Shown here: positions 14,144 to 22,995 of the stretch, one piece after another
Position numbering within the stretch: the first letter of the stretch is position 1
Layout: every line of letters starts with the position of its first letter
Source: Aggregatilineales bacterium
Lineage (GTDB): Bacteria > Chloroflexota > Anaerolineae > Aggregatilineales > Ch27
Length of the DNA stretch: 64,000 bases
Assembly: GCA_029976005.1 (NCBI GenBank)
Contig: JARKOQ010000149.1
Location: forward strand, 1,315-65,314
Direction: 5' to 3'
Translations under genes and position numbers: made by a program
Notes under the pieces: generated by a model
The model's input: the letters and a program-made list of their open reading frames with translations, nothing else
What the model was told of the DNA's origin: nothing
Databases searched by the model: none

Positions 14144-15508
14144 CTACGCCTCAGGGGGTTCCGGGATGAAGTCCTCGTCCATCAGCAGTTGGGTCATCGC
14201 GCGCGCCTGGCGGATCAACGTCGACGCCCGTTCCAGCTCTTCTTCGTAGGTGCAGGGCAGATCGGCGATTCCCTGCTCGATCGCCTTCATGGCGACTGCC
14301 GCCGCTTCCCGGGGGAAGACCTCCCAGTCGTCCATCGTGGGCAGGATGTGCTCCGCGTCCAGCTTGCCTTCGGCCATCGCCGCCAGCGACTCGGACGCGG
14401 CGATCGCCATCTCGTCGGTGATCGTCCGTGCCCGGACGTCCAGCGCCCCGCGGAAGATGCCGGGGAAGCCCAGCGAATTGTTGACCTGGTTGGCGAAGTC
14501 CGAGCGCCCGGTCGCCACGACGGCCGCGCCTGCCTCCTTCGCCTCCCACGGCCAGATCTCCGGAATGGGGTTGGCGGCCGCGAAAACGATCGCATCCTTG
14601 GCCATCGTCCGCACCCACTCTGGCTTGATCGTGCCCGGCCCCGGCTGCGAGAGCGCGATCACGGCGTCCGCCCCGCGTAAGGCCTCGGCGATGTCGCCTT
14701 GCAGCTCGCCGTCGTTGGTGATCTGGCACAGACGCCACTTCTGGACGAATTCCGCCTTGCGGTCGGCGACGTCCTTGCGGTGCTTGCCCAGGATACCCTT
14801 GCTGTCCACCATCAGGCAGTTGCCCGGCTCGGCCCCGTAGGCGAAGATCAGGCGCGAGCAGGCCACGTTCGAGGCCCCGCTGCCCACAAACACGATCCGC
14901 ATGTCCTTGAGCCGCTTGCCCACCACTTTGGCCGCGTTAATCAGGCCCGCCAGCGTGACGCTGGCCGTGCCCTGCTGGTCGTCGTGCCAGACCGGGATTT
15001 CGGCCTTTTCGCGCAGGGTATCCAGCACCCGGAAGCACTTGGGCTGCGAGATGTCCTCCAGATTGATCCCGCCAAACGACGGCTGGAGCATCAGGACCGT
15101 CTCGATAATCTTGTCCGGGTCCTTGGTATCGAGCATGATCGGCACGCAGTCCACCCCGCCCAGGTATTTGAAGAGCAGGGCCTTGCCCTCCATCACCGGC
15201 AGGCCGGCCTTCGGGCCAATATCGCCCAACCCCAGGACGCGCGTCCCATCCGACACCACGGCGACCGTGTTCCACTTGCTGGTGTACTCGTAAACGAGGG
15301 CCGGATTCTGCTGAATCGCGCGGCAGGGAGCCGCCACGCCGGGCGTATACCAGATCGCGAAATCGTCGATGTTGCGCACGCTGGCCCGCAGCGCCGTCTG
15401 AATCTTGCCCCGGTAGAATGGGTGCAGACGCATCGCATCCGCGGCAGGCTTCTTGGCCTTCTCCAGCAGTTCCTCGACCGTCACAACCGTCTTTTGCGTT
15501 TGAGCCAT
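14144..15508 (-). CDS. NAD(P)-dependent malic enzyme
   Basis: YTPGVA, SDGTRVLGLGDIG, VMEGKALLFK, INLEDI, HDDQQGTA and ATGRSDFANQVNN motifs. Confidence 0.95.
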   Translation of the reverse strand: MAQTQKTVVTVEELLEKAKKPAADAMRLHPFYRGKIQTALRASVRNIDDFAIWYTPGVAAPCRAIQQNPALVYEYTSKWNTVAVVSDGTRVLGLGDIGPKAGLPVMEGKALLFKYLGGVDCVPIMLDTKDPDKIIETVLMLQPSFGGINLEDISQPKCFRVLDTLREKAEIPVWHDDQQGTASVTLAGLINAAKVVGKRLKDMRIVFVGSGASNVACSRLIFAYGAEPGNCLMVDSKGILGKHRKDVADRKAEFVQKWRLCQITNDGELQGDIAEALRGADAVIALSQPGPGTIKPEWVRTMAKDAIVFAAANPIPEIWPWEAKEAGAAVVATGRSDFANQVNNSLGFPGIFRGALDVRARTITDEMAIAASESLAAMAEGKLDAEHILPTMDDWEVFPREAAAVAMKAIEQGIADLPCTYEEELERASTLIRQARAMTQLLMDEDFIPEPPEA

Positions 15509-15700
15509 AGAGACTTCTCCCCCTTACACACGTTCTGCTTGCTGAAACAGAGCTGACATCGATGGTCTGGCCTTGTTCCGCACGGCGATGAATGCGGCGC
15601 AACGATAACACGCGCGGCGGGATTCGACCATCCAGCGCCCGGTGGGGATTCTCCGGGCCAGCGGCGACCGGCCTGAGCTACAGCCGATCTTGGTGGTTAC

Positions 15701-15709
15701 ACTATAGCA
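15701..15709 (-). promoter_or_regulatory. Extended -10 promoter element for the malic enzyme/TrxR-like operon
   Basis: TGcTATAGT on the minus strand about 190 nt upstream of the start codon. Confidence 0.5.
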
Positions 15710-15796
15710 CCTCTGTGCAAATCAAATAGTCAAGTCTGTACGTATTGTACAGGAGGAACAAGGATTCCAATCCGAATCGCGGGAAGAAGGGGGGTA

Positions 15797-17677
15797 TCAG
15801 CGCGCCGGGCGGCGTCCCCAGACCCGCACGTCCCCGTTACGCCGGGTGATGCCCAGCCCGTCCAGATGCTCCAGGAACGCAATGGCGTACTTGCGCGACG
15901 TATCGAAGCGATCGCGCAGCTCGCGCGCGGAGACCTCGCCCGCACTATCCAGCATGTCCGCCACGGCCTGCATGAACTCGCCGTACACGCCCGCCGACAA
16001 CACCACGTCCGGCGCGACCAGCACCAGATCGCCCCGATCCACCAGGTAGCGGAACAGATCGTCGCCGACCTGGGCCGCCGCCTCCTTGACCGAGGGCGGC
16101 AGGTAGGGCGCGCGCTCGAAGACGCGCCGCAGATCATCCACGGTCTGCTGCTGACGCGCGGTCAGACTCACCGCGTAGCCGCGCCGCCAGACGAGATCGG
16201 CGTCGCTCTCCACCCCGTCGGCGGCGCGCTCCAGAATCCGCTCGAAGGGGGCGCGTTCCAGGCCCAACCGGCTGCGAAGCTGCTCGCGCGGCATGCCGCG
16301 TCGCAGCGGTTCCGCCGCATGGAAGGCCGCCAGTTCATTCTGAAGCTGGCGCACGATTAGCGCGTAGGTCTGCGCGGCCAGCCACCAGCCGCCCTCCATC
16401 TCGAAGGCCAGCCCGTCCCGCCGGGCATCGGCCAGCGCCGTCTGAAGCTCGGCCGCGGCCAGCCCACTGCGCTTGAGGATCGCTTCGATCCGGGCCGGCG
16501 CGCCGATCCGCTCCAGGGCCTGGGCGGCCAGCTCCGCCGGAGTGCCCTGGGCCAGCGTCTCCAGCCGTGCGATCACATCCGGGCGGTGCCGCCGCCAGCG
16601 CCGCCCCGGCGCGGGGTCGACCACCACCCCGCCGCCGATCGTCTCGCCGGGAGAAGGATAGCGCAGGATGAAGCGGTCGCCCCGCGCCAGGGCGAGCGGG
16701 CTTTCCAGCCGGACCTGCACCCAGGCTTCCTGACCCGGCGGCAAGAGGTCGCTATCCAGCAAGCGCACGTGGGCGACGCTCTCCGCCGCGCCGCTGAAGA
16801 ATTTGACCTCGGCGTTGTGGCGCAGCGGCCGGCTGGCGTCCGCCAGGTGGCGAAAGCGTACGTCGGCCAGGGTCGTGGCGCGCAGCAGACCGGGCAGAGT
16901 CAGCACCTGGCCCCGTCGCACCTGCTCCTTGTCCACGCCGCTCAGGTTGACCGCCACCCGGCTCCCCGGCTGGGCCTGCTCCAGTTTGGTCTTGTACGCC
17001 TGCAAGCCGCGCACCCGGCCGGGGATACCCTCCGGCTGAAGCTCGATCGCGTCCCCGACCTTGAGGCCGCCGCCGTTCAGCGTCCCGGTCACCACCGTGC
17101 CAAAGCCGCTGATGGTGAATACCCGATCGATCGGCAGGCGGGGATGGCCCTGATCGATCCTGGGCGGAAGCGCGGTCAGAAATGCCTCCAGTGCGGACTT
17201 GAGCGCGTCCAACCCCACCCCGGCACGCGCCGAGACGGGCAGGATGGGCGCGTCGGCCAGCACCGTGCCCTGTACGGTCTCCCGCAGCTCGACCTGGACG
17301 AGCTCCAGCCATTCCGGGTCGTCGACCATGTCCGTCTTGGTCAGGGCGATGACGCCGCCGGGAATGCCCAGCAGGTCCAGAATCGCCAGGTGCTCGCGAG
17401 TCTGGGGCATCACGCCCTCGTCGGCCGCCACCACGAACAGGGCCGCGTCGATTCCCCCCACCCCGGCCAGCATGTTCTCGATGAAGTCGCGGTGGCCCGG
17501 CACGTCGATCACGCCAAGCTGGGCGCCTCCCGGCAGGTCAATCCAGGCAAAGCCCAGATCGATCGTCATCTCGCGCTCTTTTTCCTCGCGCAGCCGGTCG
17601 GGGTCGATCCCGGTCAGTGCCTTGACCAGGGTAGACTTGCCATGATCCACGTGGCCTGCCGTGCCAATCACGTACAT
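15797..17677 (-). CDS. selB: Selenocysteine-specific translation elongation factor
   Basis: GTAGHVDHGKS, MTIDLGFA and DVPGH GTPase motifs; C-terminal winged-helix motif TSRKYAIAFLEHLD. Confidence 0.97.
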   Translation of the reverse strand: MYVIGTAGHVDHGKSTLVKALTGIDPDRLREEKEREMTIDLGFAWIDLPGGAQLGVIDVPGHRDFIENMLAGVGGIDAALFVVAADEGVMPQTREHLAILDLLGIPGGVIALTKTDMVDDPEWLELVQVELRETVQGTVLADAPILPVSARAGVGLDALKSALEAFLTALPPRIDQGHPRLPIDRVFTISGFGTVVTGTLNGGGLKVGDAIELQPEGIPGRVRGLQAYKTKLEQAQPGSRVAVNLSGVDKEQVRRGQVLTLPGLLRATTLADVRFRHLADASRPLRHNAEVKFFSGAAESVAHVRLLDSDLLPPGQEAWVQVRLESPLALARGDRFILRYPSPGETIGGGVVVDPAPGRRWRRHRPDVIARLETLAQGTPAELAAQALERIGAPARIEAILKRSGLAAAELQTALADARRDGLAFEMEGGWWLAAQTYALIVRQLQNELAAFHAAEPLRRGMPREQLRSRLGLERAPFERILERAADGVESDADLVWRRGYAVSLTARQQQTVDDLRRVFERAPYLPPSVKEAAAQVGDDLFRYLVDRGDLVLVAPDVVLSAGVYGEFMQAVADMLDSAGEVSARELRDRFDTSRKYAIAFLEHLDGLGITRRNGDVRVWGRRPAR

Positions 17678-17722
17678 CGTTCCGCGCTTCCTGTCTGCCG
17701 GTTGGATTCGGAATAGAACAGC

Positions 17723-17754
17723 AGAGGCATGACCCCTGCGCCCGTCATGCCTCT
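17723..17754 (-). promoter_or_regulatory. Stem-loop upstream of selB (terminator or regulatory hairpin)
   Basis: 11-bp perfect stem AGAGGCATGAC/GTCATGCCTCT with a 10-nt loop, 45 nt before the selB start. Confidence 0.55.
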
Positions 17755-17813
17755 TTGCGAAACCACGTTCAACATCTGGCGTTCAACCCTCGGCCAAAGG
17801 CCAGGTCGCCAGC

Positions 17814-19043
17814 CTAGCCGGACGACTCCGCACCGCCATTGCCAAAGGCCGCGACTCCCGCCGACGACATGCTGGGAATCCCCTGGGTATCGTATTCATC
17901 CAGGAGGGCCTGCTCGTTGTCCCGGATGGAACGGACGCGCGCCCGGTACATGGCCCACAGCCGGTCGATGCCATCCCGCAGCGGCGGAAGCTGTTCGATC
18001 AGGTCCTTGATCCGGTTTGTGTACGCCTCGAATTCCTTGTCGTGGCTGCGCCAGGCTTCGTCGTTGGTCAACGTGAACTGCTTCCAGCGCTTCTGGTCGT
18101 CGGCCATCCAGGAGTTCCATTCCTGGCGGAAGCGGTCCTCGGACAGGCGCTGCATCTCGGCCACCTCGTTGATCCGGCGCTCCAGCCGGTCGCCAATACG
18201 CTCGAAGTCGTCGATGATCCGCTTCATCTGGCGGTAGGCTTCCGACCACGTCTCGAAGCGCTGGATATTGGCGCGCATGTCGTCGTCGTACTTCCCGAAG
18301 CGGCTGGTGACTTCTTCCAACCGTTTGTCGCGCTGCTGGAGCAGCAGGGTCTGCTGATCGATGAACTGCTGAATCTGCTCGCGGCGCTCGCGCTCGCTGC
18401 CCTGCGTCTCCAGGACGCGCTTCTCGGTGCGCAGAGCCATTTCTTCCAGCAATTCCAGCTTGGGACGGACCGCCTCCACCTGCTTCTGGACTTCGGGAAT
18501 CTCCGCCTGAAGCTCTGAAAGGCGACGGGAGTCGGCCCGGCGCTGTTCCTCCAGGAAGGCCAGCCGCCGGTCCGGCTCTTCCAGCTTCTTGGCCAGGTCT
18601 TCGATCCGCTGCTGGAGCGCCGGGATCATCCCCATCAGACGATCCTGCTCGGAGCGCAGCGCCCCGATCTGCTCCAGGCTGCGTTCGATTTTGTCCAGGC
18701 GCTCGCTCTGTTCGCGCATGGGCCGCACCAGGCTGTCCCTGGAAAGCGCGGCGCGCCGTTCCGCTTCGCGCTCGGCGGTGAGCCGTTTGGTTTCGGTCTG
18801 TTCCAGGAGTTGCTGTGTCTCGACCCGGAGTTGCTCGGCGACCTCCATCTCCTTACCGGCCGGAAGGAACGCCGATCGCATCGAGGCCTGATCACTCTCG
18901 ATGCCGTTGACACGACGGGACATCTGCCCGATGGTTTCCTGCTGCTGCTGAATCCGCTGCTCCAGGGCGGCAATCGTCGCTTTGTCACGCCGCCGTTCTT
19001 CGTCCAGCCATTCGATCATCCGCGCAAGCTGGTTCATGTCCAT
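17814..19043 (-). CDS. Long coiled-coil hypothetical protein
   Basis: 409 aa, E/R/Q/L-rich with heptad periodicity throughout; GGAGA RBS; no enzyme motif. Confidence 0.85.
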   Translation of the reverse strand: MDMNQLARMIEWLDEERRRDKATIAALEQRIQQQQETIGQMSRRVNGIESDQASMRSAFLPAGKEMEVAEQLRVETQQLLEQTETKRLTAEREAERRAALSRDSLVRPMREQSERLDKIERSLEQIGALRSEQDRLMGMIPALQQRIEDLAKKLEEPDRRLAFLEEQRRADSRRLSELQAEIPEVQKQVEAVRPKLELLEEMALRTEKRVLETQGSERERREQIQQFIDQQTLLLQQRDKRLEEVTSRFGKYDDDMRANIQRFETWSEAYRQMKRIIDDFERIGDRLERRINEVAEMQRLSEDRFRQEWNSWMADDQKRWKQFTLTNDEAWRSHDKEFEAYTNRIKDLIEQLPPLRDGIDRLWAMYRARVRSIRDNEQALLDEYDTQGIPSMSSAGVAAFGNGGAESSG

Positions 19044-19145
19044 GGTGAGTCTCCCTGTACCTAAGCGGGACAGGCTGCATTATAGCGTATCCCGCCGGAC
19101 TGGCGCACTCCCCCTCCAAACAGGGTGTCGCAGGAAAAAGCAATG

Positions 19146-19240
19146 GAACCGGCAAAACGCCAAGGAGGAACGCGGCAGTCGTCAAGGAAAGGCCTGAGAG
19201 ACCTGATTCTCCCTCTATGTCCTCCGTGACCTCTGGGGTG
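19146..19240. repeat. Dispersed intergenic repeat, copy 2 (reverse orientation), plus a second 9-nt periodic arm
   Basis: 19146-19175 reverse-complements to CCGCGTTCCTCCTTGGCGTTTTGCCGGTTC; 19211-19240 is CCCTCTATGTCCTCCGTGACCTCTGGGGTG. Confidence 0.6.
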
Positions 19241-19328
19241 CAATGCCTTTTCAGTTGGTGCGATTTGCCCCGTCTCCAAAGCAACTCACCCTCTCACCCA
19301 CCGTCTATGTTGCGTTATACTGTGCCCC

Positions 19329-20435
19329 ATGCGGATTGGAATCGACGCCCGTCTCACCTACTACCGCCAGGGCGGCATTGCCGCCTATGCCCGCCGCGTG
19401 ATCGAAGCCCTGGACCGCCTGGACCGCGATCCGGCCTATGTGATCCTGCACAGCCGCAAGGATCGCCTGACTCTGGCCCACGGCGAGAACTTCCGGCGCG
19501 CTTCCCTGTGGACGCCCTGCCACCACCGCCTGGAGGCCTGGGCGCTCGGTACGGAACTGCTGCCGCTGCGCCTGGACGTGCTGCACAGCCCGGACTTCAT
19601 CCCGCCGCGCTGGGGCGCACGCCGCTTCGTGATCACCATCCACGACCTGAACTTCCTGCACTACCCGCAATTCCTGACCGCTGAAAGCCGGCGCTACTAC
19701 AACGACCAGATCCGGCGCGCCGTGGCCCAGGCCGACCACATCCTGGCCGATTCGGAAGCCACCCGCGCCGACCTGGCCGCGCTGCTCGATGTGCCGCAAT
19801 CCAGAGTCACGGTCCACATGCTGGGAGTCGACGAGGCATTCCGGCCCCTGGACGACTCGGCCCTGGAACAGGCCTGCCAGCAACTCGACCTGCCGCGCGG
19901 CTACCTGCTCTTCGTCGGCACCTTCGAGCCACGCAAGAACATCCCCGGCCTGCTGGAAGCCTACCGCCTCCTGCGCGACCGCCTGCCGGAGGCCCCACCC
20001 CTGGTCCTGGCCGGGCGACGCGGCTGGTTGGCCGAAGACCTGACGCGCCGCGTCGAGACCCTCGGACTGGCCGATCGCGTGCTCTGGCGGGAGGAAGTGC
20101 CGCAGGCGGCAATGCCCGCCCTGTACGGCGCGGCGGCTCTGCTGGTGACCCCATCCTTCTACGAAGGCTTCGGCCTGCCCGCCCTGGAAGCGATGGCCTG
20201 CGGTACGCCAACCGTGGTCGCCAACCGGAGTTCGCTGCCGGAAGTCGTGGGCGAGGCCGGCCTGCTGATCGACCCGGACGATCCCCAATCGATCGCGGAC
20301 GGGCTGTACCGCGTCATGGACGATCCGGCCCTGGCCGCTCGCCTGCGCGCGGCCGGGCTGGCCCGCGCCCGGTCCTTCACCTGGGATAATACGGCCCGTA
20401 TCGTGCTCGAAGCCTACCGGGCCGCTGGACGTTAA
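19329..20435 (+). CDS. Glycosyltransferase family 4 (GT-B)
   Basis: MRIGIDAR, TIHDL, VGTFEPRKN and EGFGLPALEAMACG motifs. Confidence 0.93.
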   Translation: MRIGIDARLTYYRQGGIAAYARRVIEALDRLDRDPAYVILHSRKDRLTLAHGENFRRASLWTPCHHRLEAWALGTELLPLRLDVLHSPDFIPPRWGARRFVITIHDLNFLHYPQFLTAESRRYYNDQIRRAVAQADHILADSEATRADLAALLDVPQSRVTVHMLGVDEAFRPLDDSALEQACQQLDLPRGYLLFVGTFEPRKNIPGLLEAYRLLRDRLPEAPPLVLAGRRGWLAEDLTRRVETLGLADRVLWREEVPQAAMPALYGAAALLVTPSFYEGFGLPALEAMACGTPTVVANRSSLPEVVGEAGLLIDPDDPQSIADGLYRVMDDPALAARLRAAGLARARSFTWDNTARIVLEAYRAAGR

Positions 20436-20446
20436 GGAGCGCACGC

Positions 20447-21667
20447 TTGAGACTCCTGATCCTGACCTCGGACTTTCCCTACCCTCCGCTGGCGGGCGCT
20501 CCGCTGCGCAACTACGGGCTGATCGAAGGGCTGGCCGAGCACGAGATCTGGCTGCTCTCGTTCGCCGGGACGCTGGCTTCCCCGGAGGCGCGGACGCCCC
20601 TCCACCGCCTGTGCGCCGAAGTGAAGATCGTCCCCCGGCCGCAGCGCGGCCTGCCCGACCGGCTGCGCGACCTGGCCCTGACCCGCGACGCGGACATCGC
20701 CCACCGCTTCCTTTCGCCCGCCTTCACGACCGCCCTGCGCGAGTGGCTCACCGCCCAGCGCTTCGACCTGATCCAGATCGAGAACCTGGAGATGGCGGTC
20801 TACCTGCCGCTGATCCGCGAGTTGCAGCCGCAGGCGCGGGTCGTCTACGACGCACACAATGCCGAATACGCCCTTCAGCAGCGTATTTACGAGACCGAGC
20901 GCGCCTCCCTGACTCACGCGCCGGGGGCGGCCTATTCCCTGATCCAGGCACGGCGCGTGCGGGAGTTCGAGCGAACGGTCTGCGCCGGGGTTGATTACGT
21001 GATCGCCGTGTCGGATACCGACGCCGGGCTGCTGCGCGCCCTGGGCACGCCCACACCGATCGCCGTGGTGCCCAATGGGATTTCGACCTCGCTGTATGAG
21101 TCCCCCCCCGGCGAGTCGATCGAACTGGTCGAGCCGGCGCTCGTCTTTACCGGCAAAATGGACTACCGGCCCAACATCGACGCCGCGCTGTGGTTCGCGG
21201 TGGAAACCTTGCCCCTGGTGCGCCGCGAGCTGCCCAACGCCCACTTCTACATCGTCGGCCAGTCGCCCCACCCCCGGCTGGACGTGCTGCGCGGGGTGGC
21301 GGGCGTGACGCTGACCGGGCTTGTGCCGGAGATTATCCCCTACCTGCGCGCGGCGACCATTTTCGTCGTCCCTCTGCGCATGGGCAGCGGCACGCGCCTG
21401 AAAGTCCTGGAAGCGATGGCGGCCGGCTGCGCCATCGTCTCCACCCCGATCGGCGCGCAGGGTATCACCTGCGTGGACAACCAGGAGCTGGTCCTGGCCA
21501 GCACCGCCAGAGAATTCGCCCAGGCGGTGATTCGCCTGTGCCGCAACCCGGAGGATGCCGCCGCCCTGGGCAGCAACGCGCGGCGCTTCGTCGCGTCCCA
21601 CTACGACTGGGGAGTATTGCTGCCCAGGCTGCACGCCGTCTACCGGGAGCTTGGCCTCGATGGATAA
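20447..21667 (+). CDS. Glycosyltransferase family 4
   Basis: YDAHNAE, FTGKMDYRPNIDA and GSGTRLKVLEAMAAG motifs; TTG start with AAGGAG RBS. Confidence 0.92.
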   Translation: MRLLILTSDFPYPPLAGAPLRNYGLIEGLAEHEIWLLSFAGTLASPEARTPLHRLCAEVKIVPRPQRGLPDRLRDLALTRDADIAHRFLSPAFTTALREWLTAQRFDLIQIENLEMAVYLPLIRELQPQARVVYDAHNAEYALQQRIYETERASLTHAPGAAYSLIQARRVREFERTVCAGVDYVIAVSDTDAGLLRALGTPTPIAVVPNGISTSLYESPPGESIELVEPALVFTGKMDYRPNIDAALWFAVETLPLVRRELPNAHFYIVGQSPHPRLDVLRGVAGVTLTGLVPEIIPYLRAATIFVVPLRMGSGTRLKVLEAMAAGCAIVSTPIGAQGITCVDNQELVLASTAREFAQAVIRLCRNPEDAAALGSNARRFVASHYDWGVLLPRLHAVYRELGLDG

Positions 21668-22874
21668 AACCACGCTCGCGGGGCGCAATCAGACCCTGGC
21701 CGCCCTCCACCATCACCGCAGACTCCGTCACAAGGTGCGCGGCGGGCTGCTGCGCGCTCTGGCTCACCTGCCCGTCCCCCCATCTCCGGCCAGCGAGACC
21801 ATCCTCCTGATCCGGCCCGATCACGTTGGGGACGTCCTCCTGACCTTTCCGGCGATCGACGCGCTAAAAGCCGCCCGGCCGGAGGCGCGGCTGGTGGCCC
21901 TGGTCGGGCCGTGGTCGGCCCCGGTGATCAGCGCCAGCCCGCACCTCGACCTGATTCTGACCCTGCCCTTCCCCGGCTTCGCCCGCAATCCGGCCCGGCG
22001 TGGGGCCGCCCCATCGCTGGAGCCTTACCGGCTGGTCTGGCGCTGGGCGCGCCAGTTGCGCGCGCTGCACGCCGGGACGGCGATCGTGTTCCGGCCCGAT
22101 CACTGGTGGGGGGCCATGCTGGCCTGGCTGGCGGGAGTCCCAGAGCGGATTGGCTACGCCCATCCGGACGTGGCCCCGTTCCTGACGGAAGCGATCCCCC
22201 TCCGCCAGGCACACGTGGTCGAACAGAACCTTGCCCTGCTCCGCCGCTGGGTGGACATGCCCGCCCGGCGCGACATTCACCTGAGCTATCCGGTCGATCC
22301 GGACGAGCGATCGGCCACCCGAACCTGGCTCGAAGGACTGGGCCTGCCGCCCGGAGCGCCGCGCGTGGTCATCCATCCCGGCTCCGGCACCAAAATCAAG
22401 CAATGGGCCCCCGAACACTGGGCCAGCGTGGCCGACCGGCTGGCGATCCGCTTCGGCGCGCCGATCCTGTTCACCGGGGGCGATCACGAGTTGCGCCTGA
22501 TCCAGACCATCACCGGCCAGATGAGCGCGGCCGCCATCAACCTCGCCGGGGAGACGCCCCTGGTCCGCCTGGCGGCGCTCTACCAGAGCGCGACGGTGGT
22601 GCTCGGCCCGGATAGCGGCCCGCTCCACCTCGCGGCGGCGGTCGGCGCGCCGACGGTCACACTGTTCGGCCCGGCCGATCCGGCGGAGTTCGGCCCGTGG
22701 GGCGATCCGGCCAGCCATGCCTGCCTGACGACTCCCATCGCGTGCCGCCCATGCCGGATTCTGGACTGGCCGGACGACGATCCCGCCTATCACCCGTGCG
22801 TGCGCGACATCCGGCCGGATCAGGTCGTCGCGGCCGCGCTGAAGGTGGCGGCTACCGCTGCAACCACTCCCTGA
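21660..22874 (+). CDS. Glycosyltransferase family 9 (heptosyltransferase-like)
   Basis: IRPDHVGDVLL, IHPGSG..IKQW and DSGPLHLAAAVGAPTVTLFGP motifs; overlaps the upstream GT4 stop. Confidence 0.92.
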   Translation: MDKTTLAGRNQTLAALHHHRRLRHKVRGGLLRALAHLPVPPSPASETILLIRPDHVGDVLLTFPAIDALKAARPEARLVALVGPWSAPVISASPHLDLILTLPFPGFARNPARRGAAPSLEPYRLVWRWARQLRALHAGTAIVFRPDHWWGAMLAWLAGVPERIGYAHPDVAPFLTEAIPLRQAHVVEQNLALLRRWVDMPARRDIHLSYPVDPDERSATRTWLEGLGLPPGAPRVVIHPGSGTKIKQWAPEHWASVADRLAIRFGAPILFTGGDHELRLIQTITGQMSAAAINLAGETPLVRLAALYQSATVVLGPDSGPLHLAAAVGAPTVTLFGPADPAEFGPWGDPASHACLTTPIACRPCRILDWPDDDPAYHPCVRDIRPDQVVAAALKVAATAATTP

Positions 22875-22995
22875 TCCCCACCTGGAGCGCCTCATGGCCG
22901 GGCAAATCCTCGCAGTCCGGCAGCCAGCGGGCCAGCCCGCGATCGTGCTAGAATAGGCGAGCAGGCTGTTCGTTCACATCAGTCAGGGCACCGCC

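Noticed and set aside
15611..15688. Possible tRNA or tRNA-Sec downstream of selB (TAGCTCAG...GGTCGAATCCC on the minus strand)
   Set aside because: The acceptor, D and T stems do not pair, there is no UCA anticodon loop and no CCA. Kept only as part of a candidate leader RNA.
13216..19043. Selenoprotein (in-frame UGA) near selB
   Set aside because: The neighbouring ORFs are intact without UGA readthrough; the TrxR-like active site has Ser/Thr codons, not UGA.
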